Origin: Rebecca billardiae RCC1528
Taxonomy: Eukaryota; Protista; Haptophyta
Assembly: GCA_965240325.2 (NCBI GenBank)
Contig: OZ251224.1
Span: forward strand, 3,658,001 to 3,722,000
Reading direction: 5' to 3'
DNA: 64,000 bases
A program made the translations under genes and the position numbers. Below are positions 1 through 11,392 of this stretch, piece by piece; position 1 is the first letter of the stretch, and every line of letters begins with the position of its first letter. Under the pieces are notes generated by a model. That model was not told the origin of the DNA. It ran no database searches and saw nothing but the letters and a program-made list of their open reading frames with translations.

Positions 1-1068
1 TGCTCCTACGGCATCACGCTCGCGGCGCGCTGCCTCCATCGCGCGGGGCGCGTGCCCTCGGGATCCGACATCCTCGTGCTCGAGGACCAGATGTCGTCCA
101 ACGTGTACCCGTGGCAGCGACTCGCCCGCGACGCGGGAGCGACGCTGCGCGTCGTGCGCCGGCCCGCCGACGGCGACTGGACGCGCGCGGTGTGCGCGCA
201 GGTGGGCCCGCGGCTCAGCGTTGCCGCGCTGCCCAACGTGCACTGGTGTGACGGCTCTTTCCTCGACCTGCCCACGGTCGGAGCCGCGTGCCGCGCCGCG
301 CGCGGCGCCCTGGTCGTCGACGCGACGCAGTCCCTCGGTGCACTCGCATTCGACCAGGCCGTAACGCGCGCAGACTTTGTGATGGCGAGCGCACACAAGT
401 GGCTGCTCGGTCCGTACGGCGTGTGCCCCGTCTACGTCGCGCCCGAGTGGCAGCGCGCCGGCCTACCCCTCGAGGAGCACGAGCACTCACGGCTCGCGCC
501 GGGCGCCGGGCGCGACCTGCCGTTCCGCGTGCCCATGCGCGCCGGCCAGCTGCCATACGCGGAGGCGTTCGTGGCAGGCGCGGGCCGGATGGACAGCGGC
601 GGGCGCCCCAACCCGATCCTGCTGCCGATGCTCAACGCCGGCCTGCGGCAGGTGCTCGAGTGGACTCCGGCGGCCATCCACGCGCACTCGGCGTCGCTGA
701 GCGCGCGGCTCGCCGCGTGGGCGCGGCAGACCACAGGCTGGGAGGTGCCACGCCCAGCGCAGCACTTTGTCGGCGTGCGACCCCGCCGCTCCAGCCACGC
801 CAGCGGCGAGCACGATCCGCGCGCCTGGGACTGGGCCGAACGGGTCGAGCGCGCGTGCCGAGCGCGCGGCGTGCACGTCGCCGCACGATTCGGCTGGGTG
901 CGCGTCGCGCCCCACGTGTACAACGATGAGTCCGATATTGACGCACTCATCGCGGTGCTCGCCGCTGAGGCCGAGCTTGAGGCCGACGCGGAAGCCTACG
1001 CCTACGAGGTCGAGGGCCGTGCTTGCGAAAAGGGCTGCGCGGCCGATCGTCGTCGAGCGAAGCTGTGA
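1..1068 (+). CDS. PLP-dependent class V aminotransferase / cysteine desulfurase-selenocysteine lyase-like protein (5' end outside window)
   Basis: Frame open from base 1 to TGA at 1068. Motifs LVVDATQSLG and SAHKWLLGPYG (PLP lysine), and C-terminal VRVAPHVYN. Confidence 0.85.
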   Translation, partial: CSYGITLAARCLHRAGRVPSGSDILVLEDQMSSNVYPWQRLARDAGATLRVVRRPADGDWTRAVCAQVGPRLSVAALPNVHWCDGSFLDLPTVGAACRAARGALVVDATQSLGALAFDQAVTRADFVMASAHKWLLGPYGVCPVYVAPEWQRAGLPLEEHEHSRLAPGAGRDLPFRVPMRAGQLPYAEAFVAGAGRMDSGGRPNPILLPMLNAGLRQVLEWTPAAIHAHSASLSARLAAWARQTTGWEVPRPAQHFVGVRPRRSSHASGEHDPRAWDWAERVERACRARGVHVAARFGWVRVAPHVYNDESDIDALIAVLAAEAELEADAEAYAYEVEGRACEKGCAADRRRAKL

Positions 1069-1289
1069 TTATCAGACGATGACGACCGAAAACCGCGCGG
1101 GACACATCCGCGCGCTCTCTCCCTGCGCACCACCACCACGCCGCGCGAGGGCACGTCGCTGCAAGCGCGGCCGCAGCGCCTGCCGGAGGGCCCGGGCGGA
1201 GGGCCCACGCGGCCTGTTGCTGTCGTGGCGGACCGAGACGGATGGCCGGGGAGTCGGGGGTCCCGGCCCGGGCGGCCCTTGCGCGCCCG

Positions 1290-1756
1290 GGCCCGTGGAG
1301 TGGTACGCGACCACGCCCGCAGACGTGCGAGCTCAGCTCCCGCGCGTCCTCGCGGGCCTCTCGCGCTTTGACGCCGTGGGCCCGGTCGAGCGCTTCGACG
1401 AGCTCTTCTACTGGCTGTCAGAGCGGATGGGACCGCACACGCTCCGCTATGACAAGGACAACGTGCTCAACGCCACGCAGCGGCTCGAGTGGATCGAGCA
1501 GCAGATGAAGGTGGGCTCCAAGTCCAAGGAGCGCCAGTACGCCGAGCAGCTGGCGCAGGGGTACGCCGTCGGGCCGCTGGTGACCGAGCTCACCCAAGCC
1601 CAGCGCCGCGCCGTAGTTGCGTCCGTGCAGGTGGACGCGCAGCTCTATCGCTACGTCCAGGGCATGTGGGAGGCCAAGGTCAGGACCATGCCAGCGACCC
1701 TGCAGGCACGCATGGCCGCGTACGCAGGGCGCATGCGAGAGAGCCGCGCGTACTAG
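1290..1756 (+). pseudogene. C-terminal fragment of a sulfotransferase-like protein
   Basis: LSRFDAVGPVERFDELFYWL...VDAQLYRY resembles the F-x-x-VG-x-x-ERFDE / D-x-x-LY C-terminal signature of Golgi sulfotransferases. No N-terminal PAPS-binding half is visible upstream. Confidence 0.35.
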
Positions 1757-2030
1757 CACCAGGATGTTGCGTCAGTCCGCGTGCGCGGCTGTACCCGTGC
1801 GAGGATGACGCGACAATGATTCGTCGTCTTCTTTTTGCTGTCTTTGGGCTGTTACGAATCGTCATCAATGACATTCCGAAACCGCTCGACGACGACGGAG
1901 GAGTGCTCAAAGGTTTTTCGACGCGACTTCATCCATTGTCATCATGACAATGACGATGACGATGAAATCAATCGCGCCGAGGTCGCCGACCGGGCGAACC
2001 GGGGGCGAACGGGGCGGGTTGTGCGGCCGA

Positions 2031-3375
2031 ATGGAACCTGAGCCGACCCTTGCGCCCACGGCGCCCGACGCGCTGGACGAGGCCCCGCTGGTGCGTCCAG
2101 CGTCTGATGGTGCGCCGGGGGTGGCTGCACCAAGTCTGCTGCCCTCGGCCGAGCCCTCCACGACCGACCTCGCAGGGCAGGCCGTAGCCGCCGCCGCGGT
2201 GCTCGCCGCCGCTGGAAGTGCGTACCGCGAGGCAGCCGCGGCTGCCCCGGGCACCGAGGCGCTCGTGTCAGCCCCGGCCGACGCGCCGGCGGCGGACGAG
2301 GATGACGAGCCGCAGCGCGTCAAGACGTACGCGGAGCGGCGCGAGGAGTTGCGCGTGCAGCGGACTGTGCGCGCCGCGCTCGGCGGGCTCTTCACGGGCA
2401 AGACGCCGGGCGAGCTCACGACCGAAGAGCAGGAGCTCAAGTGCCAAGCCGTCGTGCAGGCGCTGTCGGGGCCCGAGCGCCCCATGCTGCTCGAGCAGCT
2501 CGTGCGCAACCTCTGCCGAAAGCCCAAGGCCAAGGACAAGCTGTCCAAGCGCGCGGGCAAGCGCATGGCGGCGCTGCTCGCGCCCGCCATTAAGCTGCGG
2601 TACGGCGAGACACCGGAGAAGCTGCAGGACGGGCTGCAGGCGATGGTGGACGAGGCGCTCGGACGCGATCAGGCGAGCGTGATCGTGCTCACCAAGAAGG
2701 CCAAGGCGGACGTGGAGCGCGACATGACGAAGGGTGCGCGCTGCGTGCACATCTCAGCCGCTCCCTCCCCCATCCCTCCGCCGCCCCGGCTGCGCTGATG
2801 CTCGCGCTGCGCGCTGACGCGCGCGCGCGCCACTCGCTGCGCCACCGCCCCGGCCACACGCAGTCCTGCTCGAACACTCGGGCATGACCGTCTCCAAGTG
2901 GCGCAAGACGCGCTCCGAGCTCAAGCCGCACTTCTCGCGCGTCGGCGGCATCGAGTTTGTCAAGTCGTGGGTGTACGCTGACGCTGTGCGGAATGACGAC
3001 CCCAACCTGCCGCGGCCTGAGCCGTGCATCCGCGGGCAGGGCGCGGACCGCGTGCGCAACGAGGGCGGTGAGGTCAAGATCGCGCAGGCGCCGGCGCGGC
3101 TTGGCTACGCCGATGGGCGCGGGAACCGCGGCCGCGGCGGCGGCGGCAGCGGGCGCAAGGGGCGCAGGGCAGACGCATTGGCGTCGCCAGCGCCGGTGGT
3201 GTCGCCGCAGCAGGCGATGCAGGCCGCGGCCCAGCCGCTCGCGCCGATGGCGCCGATGGCGCCGCACGGGACGTGGCCCGCGCTGCCGCCGACCACGTCG
3301 CGGCCTGGCCCAGGCTGGCCGCTGCAGTCGCCGACGCCAAACTACTTGCCACCGGGCGCCTTCCGCGGCTGGTGA
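2031..3375 (+). CDS. hypothetical protein (2 exons), possibly the N-terminal part of a decayed DNA transposase
   Basis: Exons 2031-2733 and 2864-3375. The GT..CAG intron 2734-2863 joins the frames (MTK-V-LLEHSGMTVSKWRKTRSELK), and codon usage is typical of coding DNA. Confidence 0.55.
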
Positions 3376-4809
3376 TGCTGGCAGAGTGAGCCCACTGGCA
3401 GACCTGCCGCCGCGCGTGCAGCCGGCGCAAACAGCTCGGCCATCGGCCCAGCGTTGGCGTGATGGCCGCGCCTCTCTCGCCCCGTCGCGCCCACCACCCA
3501 GGCGTGCACGCAGAAAGCGCACGTGCGCGCCCTCCTTCCGCCTGCTCTGGCGGGTGCCAGAGGCCATGGAGGGCCTGGCGCCGCCTGCAGCTTGCACCTG
3601 TTCGTGATCTGTGGGGACGGGGCAGCCCGACTGCCTGTGAGTGTGATCGGCTTCTTCCATCTCTCCTCATTTCGTCGGGCCATGCCCACATCACGTCTGT
3701 ACCCCTTCGCAGCCTTGAACGCCCAGCTTCCCAGATGCGCGGCGCGAAGCCAACGCGACCACAACGCGGTGGCAAGCCGCAAGCGGCTCGATGACTATGT
3801 CGCATGGCGTCGGCGTCACGACCACACGGTCGCTTCATCATTCTGCATTCAGTGCCTGTCCGCATTTATGAGTCTGTACTGTACTCTGTGATGCCGCATC
3901 ATGCGCGCTGCCACGGCGCAGCCGCGAGGCCGGCATGGCGCGGCACTCCTCGTACTCGAACGTCGTCCAGTCGCATCGTGTCACTGTCAGCGGCGCAGCG
4001 GCGCTGACCGGGTCCGAGCCGGGTCACCCGCCGCCACTTGAATCTTGATTCATGCATGATTGGCAGGCATTAGCATTCCGCGCCGCCGACTACGGACCGT
4101 ACTGTACGGACGGACTCTGAGTCCGTTAGACCGATCTGAGTCTGACGACTACCGAGTGCGGCCTGCGGGCCATTCATAGCTTACTCTGAGTCTGATAGTG
4201 ATCGGACTGGCTCTGACTCACTCCGCGTGGTACGGTCCGTGACGTCTCCGTGACCGTGTAACGACCGCGTAACTGCTTCTGCTACTAACTATAGTAATTG
4301 GCGACGCGGTCTCCGGGCCAGTTCAGGCCTTCTGGCGGTACAGAGTCAGACCGCTGACGCCTGTGCTGAGTGAATCGGCTGAGAATGAACCGGCGGACGC
4401 GGACTGTCCCGGTGATCACCGTGTCCGTGATGACCTAACTGCTGCGCGAGTGTATGTACATCATGATACACATTCTTATAATTGACGCGAGCATTGGGAG
4501 TTCATTGACACTGATCACTGATTAATTTTTATGCTTAGCTAAAGTTAAATCAAGTCATATGGGGGTACTATCATCCTTATTATTATAATAATTAATTTTA
4601 TTTCAGGCACTATAGTAAATTAACGAGCACAGCACTGCTACGGCCCGTATCAATCCGGTCTTAGCCAGTCGGCCGTTCAGCCTTCAGGCCGCCTTATAAG
4701 GCTACTAGAGCTTAGGACAGACAGGCTACACTGCCTACGTGCGTAGACCATCGCGCCATCTGAAATATCAATCGTCAGTGTCGGCATGACCGCCGTCGCG
4801 CGTAATTAC

Positions 4810-5595
4810 TCAGCGCCGATGCTTGCAGTTGCTGTGATGAGTCGGGGCCGCAGCAGGCGATCCCTCCGACGGTTCCGGGCCGAACATGACATCGGCTCGC
4901 AGGACGAACTTGATGCCACGCTGCACCTCTGTGGATTCGTGCATGAGACATCTTCGCCCATGGGCGTGCAGCAGCGCGACTCCGGCGCGCGGCGTCACCC
5001 TTGCAAGCTCGCGCTTGGCTGAGGCCATGAAGACAGTCTCGCCACCGACGAGGGGCTGGTCGTGTCCGGACGTGGGCTCACCTGTGCTGTTCAGATAGAT
5101 GAGGAGAGTGAACTCCGTCTGCACACCTGGCTCCGGGCCCCGCCAGCTCTGGTCGACGTGCAGGCCGAAGCTCTGCCCCTTCGTGTATCGGTAGAAGCGC
5201 AGCTCGTTCACGCACCCGCGCTCGCCGTCGCCACGCAGCCCAAGGGGGACACGCCCATCGAGCTGCGGCACGTACGGGCGCACGCGCGCCCAGATCTGCT
5301 CGGTGAGCCGAGCGTCGACAAACCGAGAAGAATCGCGGTTGAGGTATGCCTCCCCTTTGCGCGGCTGCTTGTCTCGCGAGGCGGCGGGCTGCACTCCCAT
5401 TGCCTCGCACGCGCCGATGATGGCTGCACACTCCTCGCGCGTCAGCAAATCGTGGACCTGAAGGACGAAGCCGGGCGTCGCGGGCGCGAGGTCGACAGCT
5501 CGAGGCTCCGACACCTCCAACATTGCGGCCCGGCTGAACGCCTCGCCCACGGGACTGGCCTCATCGCGCTGGCCCCGCCTGCTCTTCGCGCCCAT
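4810..5595 (-). CDS. 2OG-Fe(II) oxygenase, prolyl-4-hydroxylase-like
   Basis: LLTREEC, RFYRYTKGQSFGLHVD (HxD), FTLLIYLN, GGETVF, and LMHES...KFVLRADVMF (distal His and 2OG-binding K/R). Confidence 0.85.
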   Translation of the reverse strand: MGAKSRRGQRDEASPVGEAFSRAAMLEVSEPRAVDLAPATPGFVLQVHDLLTREECAAIIGACEAMGVQPAASRDKQPRKGEAYLNRDSSRFVDARLTEQIWARVRPYVPQLDGRVPLGLRGDGERGCVNELRFYRYTKGQSFGLHVDQSWRGPEPGVQTEFTLLIYLNSTGEPTSGHDQPLVGGETVFMASAKRELARVTPRAGVALLHAHGRRCLMHESTEVQRGIKFVLRADVMFGPEPSEGSPAAAPTHHSNCKHRR

Positions 5596-6123
5596 CGTGG
5601 GGTCCGGCTGCAACGTCCGGACATGTCCGGCAAAAGGGGCGCGCGAGCAGCGAGCTTCCGATGGCCCGCGGCGCCCGCGTCAGTCAGCGCATGATGAACA
5701 TACGAGCGGTTCTGCTGATGACTGTTGTTGTGACTTGTGATGAGTTCAGATCAGGTTCAGATGATGACATGATTTACGTTGGCCGCCGGCAAGGAAGCAC
5801 TGGACGGACACCTTTTGTCTGTTGTACAAACCGCCGTTTGGCCGCCCACCGCAGTAATCAGCTGACCAACTGACACTCTCAAATCGCGCAGCAGCAAATC
5901 AAGGGTCCTCCTCACCTGGGCAGCCAAGCACTGGCGCTGCCCAGTCCAGTGGCGCGCACCTTCCGCCACCGCCAGGCAGGGGAGGCAGGAGTGCGGTGGG
6001 CAGAGCGCAGGGTGGCCAAGCGGCTGGCCAGGGCGGCTGCCCGCGTGCTGCCGGCCTCATACCCCGGCGCGTGTGCGTGAGGCGAGCGCGAGTGGCTGTC
6101 GGCCCCTCGGCGCGTCCGCGCCC

Positions 6124-7355
6124 ATGGCGCAGGACGCCGCCTCGTGCCGCACGCGCCCCAACGAGTACCTCGCCAAGGCGCGGTGCCCGTCATCAGAGTG
6201 TGTGAGCGAGCCCGACCTCGAGCTGACCCACATCTTCGCGGCGCGCGAGGCGGGGGCCCGGGGGGGCTCGGGGGAGCAGCAGGAGCTGCACGACGCGACA
6301 TCGCCGCACAGATCGGTGCGCCCCCCCCGCCCGCCATCCGCGCCGCGCACCGGCTGTGGCCACGGCCGCCGCATGCATGCGGCGCGTCGCCTCGCCGGCT
6401 GCAGCGGTGGCCGCGCGAGCGCGCGCATGCAGCACTGACGCCGCGCGCGCTCCCTGCCGCGCCACCGCCGCGCGCAGGACGCCTCGAGCATACCCGTCGA
6501 CCCGACCGCCGTCCCCGAGTACTACGGCGGCGCCCCGCTGCGCGAGGAGGACGAGGGCGAAGGCGCGGAGCTCGAGTTGGATGGGGACGGCGTCGGCGCC
6601 AACTTCCACTTCAGCCCGATCCTGTCGAGCCCGGCGGATCTAAACGCGGAGCTGGGGCTGAGCGCGTCGATGGGGATGCTCGTGATGGGGCCCGACGGCG
6701 CGATGGCTGCCTCGCAGGCGCCGCCGGCCATGCCGCGCAGCGCGGCGGCTGAGGGCGATGCGAGCGCGGGCGTTCCTCCGTCGTTTGCGCACGCGACCAC
6801 GCCGTCCGCGGCGGTGGTGGCGCAGCTCGTGGGCGCGCGGAGCGGGGCGACGTCCGCGGACTGCTCGCTCAGCGCGCTCGCGCACGTCCCGAGCACCCCG
6901 CCGCCGCACCCGCCGCACCTGCCGTACGCGACGTGCGGCGAGGGCGCGGGCTATGCGTCGTGCGCGGCGCCGGCGCCGCCGTTCGCCCACCCGTCGTACA
7001 TGTCGCCGTACCGGCCGATGGGGGGCAGCCGGCGCAGCCCGGCTGGGTTCTCGCTCTTCAATTTTGTCAAGCCGCGCACGCCGCCGCACGCCGCCGCGGC
7101 GTCGCTGCCGCTCGGCGCGGCGGGCGTGTCTGCGCCCTGCGCGCCGACCTCGGCCGCGGCCGTGAGTGTTGATGGCATGAAGCTGTCAGCGGTTGGGCCG
7201 CCGGGGCCAGCGGCGGAGGCGAATGGCTCGTCTTCGTACGACATGTTCCGCGGCTCGGGGCCCTCGCTCGTCCACGCCTTCGGCGCGCACGGCGCGGGCA
7301 GCGCCGAGGCGGCCGGGGCCGCGGCATGCGCCGCCCACCCTGACGCCCAGGCGGC

Positions 7356-7386
<31 letters not shown>

Positions 7387-8202
7387 GCGGCGCGGCAGCC
7401 GCCTTCGGCGCACCACGCGCAGGGCGCGCCGCTTGTCGCGGGCGCGGCGGAGCTGGGCGTGCACGCGCAGCTGGGCATACCGCACGGCGCGCACCGCGCG
7501 CACGGCTGCTGCGCCGGCGCGCACGCGGCCGCGGCCGCCGCGGCCGCAGACGCCATGGGTGCCAACGCAAGGCTGCATCCAACGGGCTGCAGGGCTGGTG
7601 CCGTGCACCTCGGCGCGGGCCCCGCGGACGCGCAGCCGGCGTCCGCGTACTGCATGGGCGCTGTCGGCTGCGCGCCTGCGCCGCACGCGCTGCACGGCGC
7701 CGGCGCGCAGGGCGTGCCGCTGCAGCGGGTCTCGAGCGCGCAGCCGGCCGGCGCGATCGACCCATCCACGGCGGCGGCCATGCTGGCGCATCGGCAGCAC
7801 TGCGCCTCCCAGCAGCACGCGGCGGCGGCGGCGGCGGCGGCGGCGGTCGGGCTCGGCCGCGCGAGCGGCCCGGGCTCGCAGTGCGCCGCGCCGCAGCCGC
7901 AGCCGCAGCCTCAGCCGCACGCGCTGGGCATGCTGCCGCCGGGCTACGGCCACATGTCGCTCTGGCCGGGCCAGGCTGCGGTGCCGGCCGCGCCGCCGAT
8001 CGTGCGGCCGCCGGTCGCGCAGCCGCAGCCGCAGCCGCCGCGGCAGCCGCAGCCGCCGCAGCCCGCGCCGCCGCCGCAGCCCGTGCCGCCGCAGCAGCCG
8101 CCGCCGCCGCGCGAAGCCGCGCAGGGCGAGGGCGGCGCGTCGCAGGCGCGAGCGGCCGCGGGCGCGCGGCCGCAGCCGCAGCCGCAGCCGCCGCCGCAGC
8201 CG

Positions 8203-8235
<33 letters not shown>

Positions 8236-10997
8236 TCGGCGCCGACGAGCGCGCTGGCGGCGTCGAAGGGGGCGGACGGCACGGGCGCGGCGGCGTCGCG
8301 CGGCGAGCTCGCCATGTCGCCGCAGACGCGCGGCCTGTACAAGGAGTTCTGCGCGATGCTGCGTCACAAGGAGACGCAGGGAGAGGGGCTGCAAACCCTC
8401 TCCGCCTTTGTCGACGGCTGCCTGCAGCGGCTGCCGGGCGGCGTGCACTGGCGGGTGCACCTCGAGCTGGCGGACCTGTCGAAGCGGGAGCAGCACTTCC
8501 GCGAGGCGCGCGCGCTGTACCGCCTCGCCGCGCACCTGCAGCCCAACGCGCCGCAGCCGTGGCTCGAGCACGCCAAGATGGAGGAGGAGCGAGGCCACTT
8601 TTCGAGGTGCGGCCGCATCCTCACGGTCGGGCTTCGGCACTGCCCGCACAACGAGTCGCTGCTGCTCAAGGCGATCAAGCACCACGAGCGGATGGGCGAC
8701 ACGGGCGCGGCGCGCGCGCTGCTCGGCCGCCTCCTCGGCGTCGGCGTCGACCGCGCGTGGCGCGCGCTGCTCGAGGGCGCGCTGCTTGAGGCGCGCACGT
8801 CCCACCTCGGCACCGCCAGGCGAGTCTTCAAGTTTTTGCTTCACCACGCGCCGTGGTGCGGGCCTGTGTGGTACGAGGTATGCCGGTTCGAGCAGCGGTG
8901 CGAGCGGAACGAGCGCGCGCTCGCGCTCGCCGAGCAGGGCCTCGCCCAGCTCCCGCGCTACGGCCCGCTCTGGTTCCAGGCCCTGCGCCTGCTCGAGGCA
9001 GTCGTTCGGCCCCCGCAGCTGCTTGCTCGCGCGCGCGCGCTCGTGCAGCGCGGAGCGCGCTGCATCTCCAAGGACCTGGTGTGGAAGCTGTGGTTCGAGT
9101 TCGGCCGCCTGGAGGAGCGCGCGGGCTCGCTCGGCGCCGCGCGCGCCGCGTACGTCCAGGCCGTCCTCGCGTGCCCCGCCAACCTCCGCTGGAAGGTCTG
9201 GCTGGGCGGCGCGCGCACCGAGCTCGCGCACGCGCGCGTCGGCACTGCGCACGAGCTGCTCGAGCGCGCGATGCTTGAGGCGCCGGCCAAGGTGCGCGGC
9301 GCGGTGCGGCTCGAGTGCGCGCGGCTGCTCGAGCTCGGCGGGCACCTCGCCGCCGCGCGGCGCGAGCTCCGCGCCGCGCGCGCCGAGTGCGGCCACGAGT
9401 GGAAAATCTACCTCGAAGCCATTCTACTTGAGGTCCGGGCCAACCCGGGGCAGCCGGCGCGCGCGCTGCGCGAGGCGCGGCGCGCGCTGTGCGTGCACAC
9501 GGGGACGGGGCGGCTGTGGGCGGCGCTGATCCAGCTGCGCCCGCGCTTCCCCGCCGCCGCGACGCTCGCCGCCGCGCCGCCGGCCGCCGCCGCGGACGGC
9601 GCCGAGGCCGCCGAGCGCGCGCGCAGCCGGCACGCAGTCGGCGCACAGCAGCTGAGCGTCTTCTGCGAGGCGCTGCAGGAGGTGTGCGCTGCGCGCTCGG
9701 CGCGGCGCGGGGTGTGCGCGCGCGCGCGCGCATGCGTGCGTGCGTGCCCGGCTGACCCCCTCCGCCGCCGCGCCCCGCCGCGCCGCCCCGCCGCGCGCGC
9801 CGCACGCAGGTGCCCAAGTCGGGCGAGGTCTGGTGCGAGGGCGCGCGCATCTGCCTCGACCCGACCACGCGCGCGTTCAACCCGGCGGCCGCGCGCCGCT
9901 TCCTCGAGTTCGCCATCGAGTTCACGCCGCAGTACGGCGACTCGTTCGTGGAGTACCTCAGGCTGCTCCTCCTCCTGCGCACCGGTGAAGCGGAGCTCGC
10001 GCGGCTCGTGCAGGTACGCGCGGTGCCGTGCGGCGGGCGTGCGCTGTGTGCGCTCCGCGCCCTCTGCGCTGGCCCGGCTGCTGGGGCCAGTGGCCGGACG
10101 GCTGCTGCCATGCTGCTGCTGTGCTGCTGCCGTGCTGCTGCTGCCGCCGCCGCCGCTGTGTGCTGCGGTGCTGCTGCTGTGCTGCTGCTGCCGCCGCTGT
10201 GTGCTGCTGTGCTGCCGCTGCTGCCACGCTGCCGGCGCGCGCGGCGCTGGAGCTCTAGGGCAGCAGCACAGCAGCGCGCCACTCCCACTGTGCGGCTGCG
10301 CCCGCGCTCACTCTGTACTCCCTGCCCGCGCCCGCACGCCCTCAGCTGTGTGTCAACGCCGAGCCCAACTACGGCACGCTCTGGTTCCACTGCAAGCGCT
10401 CCATGCTCCTGTCAACGCGCCAGGTGTGCGCGCGCCGCAGTGCATCGCATCGCGCCGCGCCGCGCCGCGCCACGCGCCACGCGCCACGGCCGCCCGTGCG
10501 CGCCGCACGGTGCAGGCGTGCCCGGTGCGCGCACATCCTCACACACGCGCGCACCCTTGCCGTCCGGCTGACTCACGCAGGTGCTGGTGATCGCCCAGCA
10601 GCTGCTCATCCTCGAGCTGCGACAGCACGCGCCCATCTACGAGGTGTGCGGCCGCGTGCGCACGGCGCGCGCCTCGCGCGACCCCACGGCCCCGAGCGCG
10701 CTCCTGCCCCGCTCACACAGCTCACCTCGCCGCCTTGCCCGCCCGCGCCCTGCGCCGCAGACCGCCATGCGCGAGGCAGGCTTCGAGGGCTACTCGCTCT
10801 CGCTGCCGCCCGCCGACATGTCCATCATCCCGCCTGAGCTGCTGCCGCCAGCCGATTTGTTTGAGGACAGGGCGGTGCGCCCGGGCGACTTCTCGACGGG
10901 CTCGCTCACGCTCAACCGGATGATCCGGCACGCGTCGAGCCTGTCGTTCGAGCAGCGCCGTGCGCTCATCTACGGTGGCGACCAGCTGGTCCCGTGA
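6124..10997 (+). CDS. HAT/TPR-repeat protein (PRP6-like helical C-terminus) with a long Ala/Pro/Gln low-complexity N-terminus, ~1325 aa
   Basis: Exons 6124-6315, 6478-9681, 9810-10013, 10346-10423, 10581-10643, 10761-10997, all joined by in-frame GT-AG introns. HAT-like repeats (PWLEHAKMEEERG, VWYEVCRFE, LWFEFGRLEERAG), plus EVPKSGEVWCEGARI and CVNAEPNYGTLW. Confidence 0.75.
10100..10225. repeat. compound (GCT/GCC)n microsatellite inside an intron
   Basis: Runs of tgctgctgctgtgctgctgccgccg within intron 10014-10345. Confidence 0.7.
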
Positions 10998-11392
10998 GGG
11001 GCGAGCGAAGGCCGGCCGGAGCTCGGTCCAAGCCCGACCTCGCCACCTCTTCGCGGCTCATCATTGGCATCGCCAATCGATGTCGAATCGCCGCGCCAAT
11101 CGGTGAATCGCGCGCGGCGCGGGGTCGTCACTTTTCACATTTGTTGTGGTGCTGCGCCAACAAGGGGTATTCAGAACTTCTCAGTAGCTCGAGGGCCGAG
11201 CCCGAGGCCAAGCTGCTGATGTCAATGACGACGCTGCTGCGTACTACTTAATGCGCCAATAAATATAATAATAATAAATATTGTATCATATATATATATA
11301 ATATGTATTCTATGAATGTCTGTTGCACTCTGAGCCTGACGCTTGTCCGATGCTGCCACGTCGTTAAATATATATACATACCACGTCGTTAA

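Noticed and set aside
4160-4175. gcgggccattc resembling an element end
   Set aside because: Too short in GC-rich DNA, with no accompanying hairpin or core sequence.
7186-9529. Long Arg-rich ORFs (736 aa minus, 778 aa plus)
   Set aside because: Alternative-frame or antisense shadows of the HAT protein in stop-poor GC-rich DNA.
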